Origin: Candidatus Latescibacterota bacterium
GTDB taxonomy: Bacteria; Latescibacterota; UBA2968; GCA-2709665
Assembly (NCBI GenBank): GCA_965237675.1
Contig: OZ250150.1
Coordinates: 5,088,001-5,152,000 of the forward strand
Length of the DNA: 64,000 nt
Reading direction: 5' to 3'
Of the stretch, positions 9,973 to 20,063 are shown one piece after another (within the stretch, counting starts at the first letter, position 1; the number at the start of each line of letters is the position of its first letter). The notes under the pieces were generated by a model, which did no database searches, had not been told where the DNA came from, and saw only the letters and a program-made list of their open reading frames with translations. A program made the translations under genes and the position numbers.

Positions 9973-10596
9973 TCAGTCCTTCCCTTTCCCGTCGGCCTCG
10001 TCCTCGTTGAGCTTATCCCTCAGTTTCTTTACAAGACCCTCGTACGATGACTTGCGAATTTCCTTGTAGAATTGCGATCGATTGTTCCTGGCAACACTCA
10101 AATCGTCAATTACCATATCGTAAACCAGCCATTTTTCGTCGACCGGATGGAGTTTATAGTTAATGTTGCTCTGCTCATCCTTGTAATGCACGATGGTCCT
10201 CACGAGACCTTCCGTACTGTCGACCTTCGAACCCACATATTCAATTTTCCCGGATTTCGTATAGAGTTTCGGATCAGCGTAGTTTTTGACGATCAGACGA
10301 CGGCAGAGGTCCGCAAATTCAGACTGCTCGGCCTCGGTGCGCCGTTGCCAGTGACGGCCCAACGCAACCCTGCTGAAGCGGTGGAAATCGAACATTTCTT
10401 CGACAATCGTCTTCAGCTTCTCGCGTTCCTCGGCGGTCTCTCCCTCTGTTTCCGAATTCACGATTGCCTTTATTGACCTGTCCCGTGTCTTCATCATCTC
10501 AAGCAGCATTCCCGCGTGGTCTGCACTCCAGGCGGAGCCGTCCCCTCTAAACCCAACAAAAGCATAAAACACAATAATATATAACAATATTCTCAT
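9973..10596 (-). CDS. MlaC/Ttg2D (HpnM-like) periplasmic lipid-binding protein
   Basis: Signal peptide; FDFHRFSRVALGRHW, WLVYDMVIDDLSVARNNRSQF. Confidence 0.88.
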   Translation of the reverse strand: MRILLYIIVFYAFVGFRGDGSAWSADHAGMLLEMMKTRDRSIKAIVNSETEGETAEEREKLKTIVEEMFDFHRFSRVALGRHWQRRTEAEQSEFADLCRRLIVKNYADPKLYTKSGKIEYVGSKVDSTEGLVRTIVHYKDEQSNINYKLHPVDEKWLVYDMVIDDLSVARNNRSQFYKEIRKSSYEGLVKKLRDKLNEDEADGKGKD

Positions 10597-10621
10597 TTTA
10601 GCCAGTTCCTTTTGCGGTCAG

Positions 10622-10664
10622 AAATAAAACGATCCGGCAGAAGGACACCTCCCCTGCCGGATCG
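10622..10664 (-). terminator. Intra-operon hairpin/terminator
   Basis: cgatccggcag...ctgccggatcg stem followed by ttttatttc on the minus strand. Confidence 0.6.
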
Positions 10665-10711
10665 ATACCCGTTCTATTCTTCCCATGATTTGCGTGCATC
10701 CATCTCCTCCT

Positions 10712-12151
10712 TCAATCCGCCTTACCTGAAACCAGCTTATCCGCTTCCGTCGTGCGGGTTCGCATAATATGTCCAATAAATCCGAAAACGGCGCTCACAA
10801 CCAGGCCGGAACCGAGCACAAAGATCCAGAAGATCGCCTCGAGGCTATTCAAAACCGCCAGAACACAGAACAAAGCCGCGAAGAAGTCTCGACGACACGC
10901 GAACTTCAGTCCACAATATATCCGGTGCAAACGTCCACGATGTTCTTCGGGAACCTCGCTGGAAAACCTCATGTTGAAGCTTACGATACTGCCCGAACCG
11001 CTCTGTTTCAGGTAAACGCAGATGAGCAAGACAGCCAGTACGTCCAGCGCAAGGGCAATGAATCCCAGGGCGATCACAACCGGCTCTCCGGTCAATTTGT
11101 ACATGCCGTAGATGACACCTGAGAAAAATGCCAGATAGGATACGTTGTCCGCCACCGTATCCAGCCATTCCCCAAGTCGCGATCCCACAAACTTGAGCTT
11201 GGCGATCTCCCCGTCGCAGCCGTCCGCAATTGAAGCAAACTGGAACAGCAGCCCGCCCAGCGCCACGTGAAAATAGCCTCCTTCCGCCATCGCCCAGCCC
11301 GCAAGAAAGGTTACCATCATTGCGGCAATCGAAATCTGATTGGGCGTCACCGGCGTTCTTACCAATAATCTGGAGATCCAGGTGGAGATCTTGCGGTTGA
11401 AATGGCGCGATACAACCCCATCGGTCGGCTTGCCCAACTGGCCGAACAACGCCTTCTCTCCCTGGTGCAAGGCTTCGGGTGTATCCACATCCTGCCAAAA
11501 CAGCCCATCGATTTCCACCGCCCGCATGTTTCCGTGAGAACCCAGGACGCGGACACCTCCTGAGAGCGTTTCGTCACCCTGGGCAACAGAACGCTCAAGT
11601 CCGTCAAATAACGCGGGGCTGGAGAGAAAAATACCGGTATCCACCGCGTCGTATTGGCCCAGCGCTTTTCCGATCTGTAGAATCCGGTCACCTTCCAGGA
11701 CGACTTTGGTGGCATCGTCCAGATCCTGAATCCGGTCCAGCCGGGTGTCAACGCACAACGCCGATTCACCGGTGCCCAGCAACAGACGCCGCATTCGGGT
11801 GATTACTTGGGGTTCAAACAGATGGTCTGCCATCAAGAGAAGAAATGGACCCTCCACAAAATCCCTGGCTTTCAGGACAGAGAGGCCGTTGCCACGCCGC
11901 CATTCCGGGTTTTCAACCCAATCTATGGGTACATCGATTTGCGGATCGTCTGCAATGGCCTCGCGTATTTCATCGCCTCGATAACCGATAACAATGGCAA
12001 ACTCGATGATCCCCGCTCGTTTCGCAGTCAATATGGCCCGCTTTAGCAACCCGACGCCGGCAACTTTAACCAACGGCTTTGGCTGCCCGCGTCCGTGCCC
12101 GTTTAAGCGGCTGCCCATACCGGCAGCAATAATCACTGCCTTATCTACCAT
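10712..12151 (-). CDS. Bifunctional CTP-dependent nucleotidyltransferase / CDP-alcohol phosphotransferase (IPCT/DIPPS-like)
   Basis: N-term AVIIAAGMGSRL..PKPL..WQDVDTPE; C-term TPNQIS and DGCDGEIAKL...GEWLDTVAD signature; RBS gggagg before ATG 12151. Confidence 0.9.
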   Translation of the reverse strand: MVDKAVIIAAGMGSRLNGHGRGQPKPLVKVAGVGLLKRAILTAKRAGIIEFAIVIGYRGDEIREAIADDPQIDVPIDWVENPEWRRGNGLSVLKARDFVEGPFLLLMADHLFEPQVITRMRRLLLGTGESALCVDTRLDRIQDLDDATKVVLEGDRILQIGKALGQYDAVDTGIFLSSPALFDGLERSVAQGDETLSGGVRVLGSHGNMRAVEIDGLFWQDVDTPEALHQGEKALFGQLGKPTDGVVSRHFNRKISTWISRLLVRTPVTPNQISIAAMMVTFLAGWAMAEGGYFHVALGGLLFQFASIADGCDGEIAKLKFVGSRLGEWLDTVADNVSYLAFFSGVIYGMYKLTGEPVVIALGFIALALDVLAVLLICVYLKQSGSGSIVSFNMRFSSEVPEEHRGRLHRIYCGLKFACRRDFFAALFCVLAVLNSLEAIFWIFVLGSGLVVSAVFGFIGHIMRTRTTEADKLVSGKAD

Positions 12152-12164
12152 GACGCCCTCCCTG

Positions 12165-13544
12165 TTACTCCAGAATCGAATTCCCCGTCGCACGCCTCAA
12201 TGCCACCCAGGCCACATTGAACTCCAACACAGCCTGATAGTATTTGGCGCGGATAATTCCATACTCCTTGACCGCATCGACCATCTCCCCCGCCTCCTCC
12301 AACCCGGCATTGAATCCATCTCTCGCCGAAATAAACCACCGTCTTGTTGCCCGTCGGGCTTCTCGTGCCGCCCTGATATTGGCTTTCGCCTCTATGAGCG
12401 ACCGATAGGCCCGTTCGATTTCCAGCCGGGCACCCTGTACCGCCAGTTGCGCCTGGTAGCTGAGTTTTTTATAGGCCAGGCGGGCTTCTTTCACCCTAGC
12501 TGTCGTGTTCGCGAATGACAATGACTGCCGAAAGCCAAGGACGGCGCCCAACTCAGTAACATTAAACTCGTCTTTCAGGAATGGATTCCGCTGCCGGTCT
12601 CTGTTCGGCGCATAACCGTATCTAAACTGGCCGGCGAGAAATACCTGTGGAAACAAATCGGTTCGGATGGCACGCACCTGTGCAGACCGCACCCGCAACC
12701 CCTCCCGAAGTTGCCCCAGATCCGGTCGACCCTCCACCCGCGACAGATAATGTTCCAGTGGACGGATCTCGACGTCAACCGGTTTCAGACTCCCGTCGGC
12801 GAGAACAAGGGAGTCAGACTGAGAAAGCCCCAGGAGGATACGCAACGCCGACCGTGCGAGCGCCTGACTCTTCACGACCTTATTTGCATTCTCCTCCACG
12901 TCGAACACAAACCTGTCAATCCGGTGCAGATCGGTGTACGTAAAATCCCCAGTATCGGCTTCCAGCTTTTCGGCGATTGTTCGCCGTGCCCTGTCAATCT
13001 CCACCCGCGACTCATCCGCCAGGGCCCGAAGCTGATTTGCCAATAACAGCAGATAGTAGGCCCTGGCTACCTGCCGCTCCACGTCGATGCGGGATCGGGT
13101 CAGTCCGGCGCGCCCCGCACCGATGCCGCCGGATGCGGCTTCTACCGCCGCATCAAGTTTGCCGAAGGTGAAAAGTGGCTGAACCAGCGACAATTCGGTT
13201 CTCGTAAACACACTCATCTGCCGCCAATTGCTGACTCCCGTAATGGCGTCGCCCCGAGCCTCCGGCGAGGGTCCAAATATCCAGGTCAGATCCAAACGGG
13301 GAAGAAATCGCGCCGCATGTACCTGTCTAAGCCTATTCTCAGCGATCTCAAGATCCGCCTCGGCGGCGTGAATGGACGGACTCGACGCGAGTGCCATCCG
13401 TACGCACACGGCGAGATCGTATCGACCCTGTCCGGATTCGGAATAAGACGGACGGATACCGATCCCCATCACACAGATCAGGACAATTGAAACGGGAAGC
13501 CATACCCGCTGTGAATTTTTACCACATGTGTGGGAAAATTGCAA
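12165..13544 (-). CDS. TolC family outer-membrane efflux protein
   Basis: Two OEP repeats (LVQPLFTFGK, VARAYYLL, IERAYRSL..FNAG); probable TTG start at 13544 after ggaggagg (ORF extends to 13634). Confidence 0.85.
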   Translation of the reverse strand: MQFSHTCGKNSQRVWLPVSIVLICVMGIGIRPSYSESGQGRYDLAVCVRMALASSPSIHAAEADLEIAENRLRQVHAARFLPRLDLTWIFGPSPEARGDAITGVSNWRQMSVFTRTELSLVQPLFTFGKLDAAVEAASGGIGAGRAGLTRSRIDVERQVARAYYLLLLANQLRALADESRVEIDRARRTIAEKLEADTGDFTYTDLHRIDRFVFDVEENANKVVKSQALARSALRILLGLSQSDSLVLADGSLKPVDVEIRPLEHYLSRVEGRPDLGQLREGLRVRSAQVRAIRTDLFPQVFLAGQFRYGYAPNRDRQRNPFLKDEFNVTELGAVLGFRQSLSFANTTARVKEARLAYKKLSYQAQLAVQGARLEIERAYRSLIEAKANIRAAREARRATRRWFISARDGFNAGLEEAGEMVDAVKEYGIIRAKYYQAVLEFNVAWVALRRATGNSILE

Positions 13545-13717
13545 CGCCTCCTCCGTCAACCTCCCGGATATACGGCGTGTCAGTTTATGCACAAAAAGCA
13601 GAGAAATATTTGTATATATTAAAGATATTTTCATTAGACCGGCGTTTCTTCGATCTCAGAATCTGTATGATTGATAGCGAATGCCGTGCCATGAAACAGT
13701 GAACCTGCGACACATCT

Positions 13718-13885
13718 CTAGTGTTCTGTCCCGGAAATAGATCGCGTAAATTCGGCCGTCGAGTCGCCCGGCTCGTAAGGCGCCTGCGCAAGGCGACCTG
13801 GGCAAGGTCGGCGAGCAAAGGGAACGCAGCGAGACGTGATGAATCGGCGGAAGAATGGTGACATATTTCTGGGACGGGACACTAG
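13718..13885 (+). mobile_element. MITE-like repeat, copy 1
   Basis: TIRs ctagtgttctgtcccggaaata / tatttctgggacgggacactag; homologous to 43169-43383 and 54297-54410; right end contains the GT4 stop codon. Confidence 0.8.
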
Positions 13886-15138
13886 ACCCCCAGCGCTTCA
13901 AACATAACGGCCTGCACACTGCGGGCCACTTCGGCCGCGTCGTGCCGTTGTACCGCGGAGACGCGCGCGGCCGAACCCATTCGTTGCCGCAACTCCCTAT
14001 TCTCAATCACCCTGAGGATGGTCTCCGCCAACCCCGTAACGTCGTTTGGCTTCACCAGAAATCCATTGTAGCCATCCCGTATCAACTCCGGAACGCCGCC
14101 AATTGCAGACCCAACCACCGGCGTGCCCAGGGCCAGAGATTCGATAACGCTGCGGGGGCAGGGGTCTGGCGCCACGGACGGCACAAGTGTGACATCCATA
14201 TCCTTCAGATACGGCCTGACGTCAGTTCGAAATCCCGTAAACCGGACCCGGCCCGAATATCGCCCGTTCGCGACCCTTCGGCGATAGTGATCCAGCAGAT
14301 TCAACGACCGTCGGGGGCTCCCGCCGACAACCACCAGAACGACGTCCTGCCGCTGAGCCAGAACATGCTCCATCGCCGACAGTAAAGTATCGATTCCCTT
14401 CCATTCTACAATACGACCGACGAAGCCCAGCACCACGTCGTCCGGTGCAATGCGGTACATCCGGCGCACACACCCCCGAATCCTCGCCGGGTCGAAACTG
14501 GCCAGGTCCGCGCCATTGTACACAACATGAACCTTCTCTTGCACCGACGGGAAATTCTCAGCACACGCCTGGGATACGGCAATAATCCTGGTCACGGTGG
14601 TTAACCGCGCGAGCCGGTCGAAAAACCAACCTCTGAAAGACGGGCCATAAAGGGTGCGGCAGTGCCAGACGACGGGGACGCCGCAAACCAAGCCCGCCAA
14701 CGTGCCCATCAGTTTAACCATCATCTGGTTGCAATAAACCAACGCAACACGCTCACGGGAGACCATGCAAATCAGATCAAATGTAAAGCGTACGCTATCG
14801 ATGGCATTCAGAACCGCGGAAACCATGAGGCAGACGCGGTTCTGCCTACGGAACCTCAACTCCATGAATCGTTCTTTCAACCTGGGTGTGATTCGGTAGC
14901 GGATCCGGTTCTCCGCAAGCTTTTTCTTCAACACACCCTCGTTCGGCATAACCACCAAGGGCTCGAATACTGCGGGATCGAGATGTTTCAACAGGTAATA
15001 AAGACTGTTCCCCGCCCCGCCCCGCCCGGTACATCCCGTGAGGAAGAGCACCTTGACCCTCTTCCTGCCGTTTCCGGCGTACAAATTGGGCGACGATACA
15101 CCTGCGTCGTCGCCCAATTTCCCGAAACACGCCAACAT
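13882..15138 (-). CDS. Glycosyltransferase family 4 (GT-B)
   Basis: GGAGNSL, VVYNGAD, FVGRIVEWKG, PDPCPRSVIESLALGTPVVGSAIGG. Confidence 0.92.
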   Translation of the reverse strand: MLACFGKLGDDAGVSSPNLYAGNGRKRVKVLFLTGCTGRGGAGNSLYYLLKHLDPAVFEPLVVMPNEGVLKKKLAENRIRYRITPRLKERFMELRFRRQNRVCLMVSAVLNAIDSVRFTFDLICMVSRERVALVYCNQMMVKLMGTLAGLVCGVPVVWHCRTLYGPSFRGWFFDRLARLTTVTRIIAVSQACAENFPSVQEKVHVVYNGADLASFDPARIRGCVRRMYRIAPDDVVLGFVGRIVEWKGIDTLLSAMEHVLAQRQDVVLVVVGGSPRRSLNLLDHYRRRVANGRYSGRVRFTGFRTDVRPYLKDMDVTLVPSVAPDPCPRSVIESLALGTPVVGSAIGGVPELIRDGYNGFLVKPNDVTGLAETILRVIENRELRQRMGSAARVSAVQRHDAAEVARSVQAVMFEALGV

Positions 15139-16769
15139 CAGTTCAGCCGCCGGATAATGTGGTATCCCAGAGGTGTATGAACGACCCCGCTGGTCTCACC
15201 CACCCGCAATTTCAGCACCGCTTCCTCAAACGCAGGATTCAAATCGCCAGGCGAGAAAAACCCCAGATCGCCGCCGGTCTGCGCCGAAGCATCACCGGAG
15301 TGTTCCCTGGCCAGTACCCTGAAATCCTCGCCCGCCCTCAGCTTTTCAAGTACTTGTTGCGCCTCCGTTTCCGTTTCCACCAGAATATGATACACCCACA
15401 ACTTGCCTGACTGTATCCCTTCGATCTCGTCGATCTTTGTCTGCGCCGCCTGCTCGATCTCTTCGTTCGGACTGAAGGCCCCGGCCTTTTCAAACGCCCG
15501 CCTCGCCCGGTCAAACTCCCGTCTTGAAGTATGGGCAAGGCCCATATTGAAATGCACACCCGCGTTGGTGGAATCCACCGCCAATGCCCGATTGTAGACC
15601 ACGAGGGCCGAATCGAGGTCCTGCTGTCCCGCGTAAATCAATGCAAGATCTCCATACGGCTCCAGAATGTCCGGGCTTAATTGAATTGTAGCTTCCAGAG
15701 CCTTCTTGGCTTGCCCGATGTCCCCCTTCTGCAGGTAAACCTGCGCGACGCCGTACTGGAGGCGCGCCTGTTCCGCCTCCGGCGCTATCTCCATGATCAA
15801 ACGATACTCCCTCAGGGCCCGGTCCCAGTTCTGCTGAACGGTGTACAACCTGGCAAGCGCAGAACGTGTATCCAAATCGCCGGGCACCAACTGCGATACT
15901 CTCTCCCACGCTTCCCGTGCAACATCCAGCGAGTCCACCTCGGCCGCCATCTGCCCCATGGAACGGTGCACTTCCGGATCGTCCGGGGCCACGGAAACCG
16001 CGCGCCGGTACGCGGCAAAAGCTTCCGAACTCCGCCGCATCGAATGGTAGATGGCACCCTTGTTTACAAGCAAGGAAACGTCGTTGGGGTTTTTTCCCAA
16101 CTCCTCTTCGAGGACCGAAATCGCCCGTACATACAGTTGATTCGCTTCCTGGGGTTTACCCAATGCACCGTAGATTTGCCCCTGATTGATCATCAATACC
16201 ACACTCTCAGGGTTGCTCTGCAATCCCTGGCCGAAAACAGCAAGCGCTTTATCGGGGTCCTTGAGCGCGACATGCAACCCCGCCAGGGACTGGTATGCCT
16301 CGATGTTTTGCGGATCTAACGTAATCGCGGCCCTGAGATCCTGTACCGCCAGACCCGGATTACCGGCCTCCTGATACAGCATCGCCCTGTCCATCAGCAA
16401 GAGGACGGAATTGGGGATCTGGTGCAACCCCTTATTCAATACCTCCAGCGCCTCTCGGCCCCTGTTGAGTCGCGCATGAATCCTGAAAAGCGCATCGTAT
16501 GACGCCTCAAGATTCGGCCCCAACTCTACCGCTTTCTCAAAGGCGTCGATAGCGCCTTCGGCCTGTCCCATCTGCACGAATACCATCCCGAGGACACCAA
16601 AAGCATTTGCGCTGTCCGGAAACGTCTCCGCGAACAACCGCGCCGTGACCAGCGCGGAATCGGCTCTGCCCTGCGCACCATGGGTGCTGATCTCCGCCAG
16701 GAAATCCCGGGCAGCCACACCTTCACACCACAGTATCAGGCAACAAAATACAAAAATCGTCCGTTTCAA
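15138..16769 (-). CDS. Exported TPR-repeat protein with a C-terminal parvulin (PpiC) PPIase
   Basis: Signal peptide from TTG 16769 (RBS ggagg), many TPRs, HILV...GEDFRVLAREHS.D..GGDLGFF..AFEEA..TPLGYHII. Confidence 0.88.
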   Translation of the reverse strand: MKRTIFVFCCLILWCEGVAARDFLAEISTHGAQGRADSALVTARLFAETFPDSANAFGVLGMVFVQMGQAEGAIDAFEKAVELGPNLEASYDALFRIHARLNRGREALEVLNKGLHQIPNSVLLLMDRAMLYQEAGNPGLAVQDLRAAITLDPQNIEAYQSLAGLHVALKDPDKALAVFGQGLQSNPESVVLMINQGQIYGALGKPQEANQLYVRAISVLEEELGKNPNDVSLLVNKGAIYHSMRRSSEAFAAYRRAVSVAPDDPEVHRSMGQMAAEVDSLDVAREAWERVSQLVPGDLDTRSALARLYTVQQNWDRALREYRLIMEIAPEAEQARLQYGVAQVYLQKGDIGQAKKALEATIQLSPDILEPYGDLALIYAGQQDLDSALVVYNRALAVDSTNAGVHFNMGLAHTSRREFDRARRAFEKAGAFSPNEEIEQAAQTKIDEIEGIQSGKLWVYHILVETETEAQQVLEKLRAGEDFRVLAREHSGDASAQTGGDLGFFSPGDLNPAFEEAVLKLRVGETSGVVHTPLGYHIIRRLN

Positions 16770-16852
16770 CCCCACGCCTCCATTTGAAAAGTCAATCCAA
16801 AATCCTTCGTCATGTACTCTGATCGTTCCAGTTCCGCTATTCCGCGAATACC

Positions 16853-16881
16853 TTGACAAGTTCCGGGAATCCCCGTATAAT
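16853..16881 (+). promoter_or_regulatory. Perfect consensus sigma70 promoter
   Basis: TTGACA (16853-16858)-N17-TATAAT (16876-16881). Confidence 0.85.
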
Positions 16882-17062
16882 CCTGAGGCTTTCGACCCAC
16901 CCGACGCCGCGGCGTCTTTTGACATGCTTCGGTGCCAGGCCTGCTGCTCGTGGAAACGTCGACCTCCTGGCAACAGTGCGGTCCCGGCCGCAGCAGGTGA
17001 CGATTGTCGCGCATCCCCCGGTTGGCGGCGACAAAGCGCCCTTGAACCCCCAGTTTCCGTGT

Positions 17063-17686
17063 ATGAGCGTCCTTCAACGGGATCCCATTGCCGCCATACT
17101 GCTCTGTCTTGTGGCGAGTTATCTGGCGTACAACCATCTTCCGGAACGCATTCCCGTACACTGGGACGTTTTCGGACGCATCGACGTGGAGTTGAATAAA
17201 TTTGTGGGCGTCTTTCTGCATCCTGGCGCAATGACCCTCGTCTATATCTTCTTCCGTCTGATCCCGTATGCCGACAAGACCCGTGTGCGCCAGTTGAAAG
17301 AGATCGGCCTTTACGATCCGTTCCGCAACGGCGCGGTCCTCCTCTTCGGGTACAGCCATCTCCTTGTGCTGGGCATCGGTCTGGGGTGGGTAAACCGCGG
17401 GGCAAACCTTTTTGCCGGACTGCTCTCGCTTGCCGCCATCCTCACCGGAGACCACCTCAAAAACGTGCGTCCGGTACGGTTCGATCTTCTGCTCCGCAGG
17501 ATCGACATCTCCAACGCTCCGCCCATCCGGAAGGTCGTCTGTAATGTCCTCATCCTCTGTGGCGCGCTCGGGCAGTTAGGCACCGCAGCCGGCATCCTGC
17601 AAGTCGCCTGGCTTCTCTTGCCGCTGGGCGTCGGTTACATTCTTGTGCGCAGGCGCTTTCCCGCAGATCGGAAACCGGCGCCGTGA
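17063..17686 (+). CDS. DUF1648/SdpI-like membrane protein
   Basis: YNHLPERIPVHWDVFGRID motif after TM1; multiple TMs. Confidence 0.75.
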   Translation: MSVLQRDPIAAILLCLVASYLAYNHLPERIPVHWDVFGRIDVELNKFVGVFLHPGAMTLVYIFFRLIPYADKTRVRQLKEIGLYDPFRNGAVLLFGYSHLLVLGIGLGWVNRGANLFAGLLSLAAILTGDHLKNVRPVRFDLLLRRIDISNAPPIRKVVCNVLILCGALGQLGTAAGILQVAWLLLPLGVGYILVRRRFPADRKPAP

Positions 17687-18639
17687 CCGTGCTCAACGAA
17701 CGTCTCACCGTTCAAGCCGGAAGCCTCGCGCTGCTTACCGCTATCTTGTGGGGCGGTAACTCCATCGCCATCAAAATCGCCTTGGACGGCCTGCCTCCAC
17801 TAGCCCTGGCTGCCGCTCGCTTTCTTCTAGGCGGGCTGGCCGTAATGCTCTGGGCGATCTTCGCCCGCGTCCCCCTCGTCCGGCCCGGATCCGGCGAAAG
17901 ACGAGGTCTGTTTCAACTGGTGCTGCTCTTTATCGCACAAATCTATCTGCTCAACGCCGGTACACATTTCACGACGGCCGGTCGTTCAACTGTCTTCATT
18001 TCCACCTACCCTTTTTTTACTGCCGTCTTCGCCCATCTCTTCATGTCCGGTGACCGGCTCAGCCGGCTCAAAATTATGGGCATGGCACTCTCGTTTTCGG
18101 GGGTGGTCCTCGTTTTTGCCGAAAGCCTCACCAAAGGCCACCTCGGCTATCTGCTGGGCGACGTTATGGTCCTGATCAGCGGTCTGCTGCTTGGCGCCCG
18201 GCAGGTCTACACCAAGAAGCTCACCCAATCCATTCATCCCACCCGTCTTCTGTTGTGGCAAGCCGCCCTCAGCCTGCCCGTTTTCATCCTTCTCAGCGCC
18301 CTCCTCGAGAACCAGATCCCCTCACGCATCCGCCTGGACATCGTCGGTGCCATTTTCTACCAGGGTCTTGTGATTGCAGGGTTTTGTTTTCTTGTATCCG
18401 TTTCTCTCCTCCGGCGCTATAGAGCCAGTCGCCTGGGGGTGTTCGGTTTCGTCACTCCTGTCGTGGGCGTCGTGTTCAGTAACCTGCTGCTGGGCGAGGC
18501 GATCTCCGCGACACTTCTCAGCAGCGTGCTCCTGGTCGGTATCGGCGTCGCTATTGTCAATTCCGAGACCCGAAGAAAGTCCGGGGCAGTATGCGAAGAC
18601 AATGCTTCCGCAGATCGCGACCCGGGCGCGGGCTTATAG
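17683..18639 (+). CDS. EamA/DMT family transporter
   Basis: ILWGGN..AARFLLG, 10 TMs, TPVVGVVFSNLLLGEAI. Confidence 0.92.
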   Translation: MTVLNERLTVQAGSLALLTAILWGGNSIAIKIALDGLPPLALAAARFLLGGLAVMLWAIFARVPLVRPGSGERRGLFQLVLLFIAQIYLLNAGTHFTTAGRSTVFISTYPFFTAVFAHLFMSGDRLSRLKIMGMALSFSGVVLVFAESLTKGHLGYLLGDVMVLISGLLLGARQVYTKKLTQSIHPTRLLLWQAALSLPVFILLSALLENQIPSRIRLDIVGAIFYQGLVIAGFCFLVSVSLLRRYRASRLGVFGFVTPVVGVVFSNLLLGEAISATLLSSVLLVGIGVAIVNSETRRKSGAVCEDNASADRDPGAGL

Positions 18640-18652
18640 GCGTTTCATCCGT

Positions 18653-19996
18653 CTAAGTTGCCCCAACCATAACAAACGCCACGTCCGCGACATTGGTTCC
18701 CGTCGGACCCGTCATCACAAGATCGCCCAGCGGTTTAAAGAAGTGGTAGGCATCGTTGTTCTTTAAAGAATCGATCGCAGAAAGGCCCGCTGTTTCCGAA
18801 CGCGCGATCGTCTCGGCATCCGCGATCGCCCCCGCCGCGTCCGTCGGCCCGTCGGTTCCATCCGTCCCGCCGCTGAACAGTACCGTCCCGCTCCATCCCG
18901 ACAGATGCAAGGCGCCTGCAAGTACCAGTTCCTGGTTGCGTCCACCCTTGCCGCGTCCTCGAACGGTTACCGTTGTCTCCCCACCGGCAATCACACAGGC
19001 AGGCGCGGTCACAGGCGCCCCGGATGTGAGAATTTCCTTACCGATGGCCGAGTAAATGTGGGCGACCTCGCGTGCCTCACCCTCCAGCCGCGTGGACAGC
19101 ACCAACGTATTGTAACCCAGATCCCGAGCCCGTTCGTCGGCCGCGGCCACAGCCAGACCGTTACTGCCTACGACCACGTTGTGGCATCTCTCCAGCGCGG
19201 CGTCACCCGGCTTCGGCGTTTCCGGAATCTCTCCCGCCAGGCCTGCTTCGAACCGCTCCCGCACCGATTCCGGCAGGCGATCCGAAACCTCGTACTTCTG
19301 AAAAACCTCCATACAGGTCTTGAAGGTGGATGTATCGGGCACCGTGGGCCCCGATGCAATCACGTCCATCGGATCGCCGATTACGTCGGATAACATGAGT
19401 GACACCACCGTGGCAGGAAACGCCGCACGGGCAAGACCTCCGCCTTTTACCCTGGACAGATGCTTGCGGACCGCATTCAATTCCACAATATTGGCGCCGC
19501 ATTCGAGCAGCAGCCGGGTTGTCTCCCCTTTCTCCGACAGCGAGATACCGTCCGAGGGCGCAGGCATCAATGCCGAACCCCCGCCTGAAATCAGGCAAAT
19601 CACCAGGGTCCGGTCGGCGGCGGCCTCCAGCAGCGCCAGGACTCTCTGCGTCCCCCCGACACCCGCCTCATCCGGAACGGGATGGCCGCACTCCACGATG
19701 CGTATCCTGTCCAACGGCTCCGCATGCTCGTACTTGGTATTGATCACGCCATCCGAAATCCGGTCGCCCAGCACCGCCTCGAGCGCCACACCCATCCGGG
19801 GCGACGCCTTGCCGGTTCCCACCACCAGCACCCGGTCGAATGTCTCCAGATCGTAGTCGACGCCACCGATGCGGAGCGTCTGCCCGTCCAATCTCACGAA
19901 TCGTTTCATGCACTCCCGCGCGTCCACGGCCGCCACCGCCGATTCAAAGATCAACGCCGCGTCCGCGCGCATTTGGGCAACCGTGAACTCACCCAT
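18653..19996 (-). CDS. Glycerate 2-kinase (MOFRL/DUF4147, TtuD type)
   Basis: GKAS, GHPVPD, LISGGGSAL, VKGGGLA, SDVIGD..IASGPT, GGRNQE, GTDGTDG, TGPTGTNV. Confidence 0.93.
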   Translation of the reverse strand: MGEFTVAQMRADAALIFESAVAAVDARECMKRFVRLDGQTLRIGGVDYDLETFDRVLVVGTGKASPRMGVALEAVLGDRISDGVINTKYEHAEPLDRIRIVECGHPVPDEAGVGGTQRVLALLEAAADRTLVICLISGGGSALMPAPSDGISLSEKGETTRLLLECGANIVELNAVRKHLSRVKGGGLARAAFPATVVSLMLSDVIGDPMDVIASGPTVPDTSTFKTCMEVFQKYEVSDRLPESVRERFEAGLAGEIPETPKPGDAALERCHNVVVGSNGLAVAAADERARDLGYNTLVLSTRLEGEAREVAHIYSAIGKEILTSGAPVTAPACVIAGGETTVTVRGRGKGGRNQELVLAGALHLSGWSGTVLFSGGTDGTDGPTDAAGAIADAETIARSETAGLSAIDSLKNNDAYHFFKPLGDLVMTGPTGTNVADVAFVMVGAT

Positions 19997-20063
19997 GTTG
20001 AATGCTCCTCAAATACGAAGACCGGCTCGTCCCGCACGCCGGTTTACGACCCGGGCCAGGTAG

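Noticed and set aside
7512-10596. Hopanoid transport genes hpnN/hpnM
   Set aside because: Same families, but no squalene-hopene cyclase or other hpn genes in the window, so gene symbols were not assigned
16770-17405. N-terminal 212 aa of the 755-aa ORF
   Set aside because: It is antisense to the DUF1648 gene and its promoter; an RBS and signal peptide support the start at 16769
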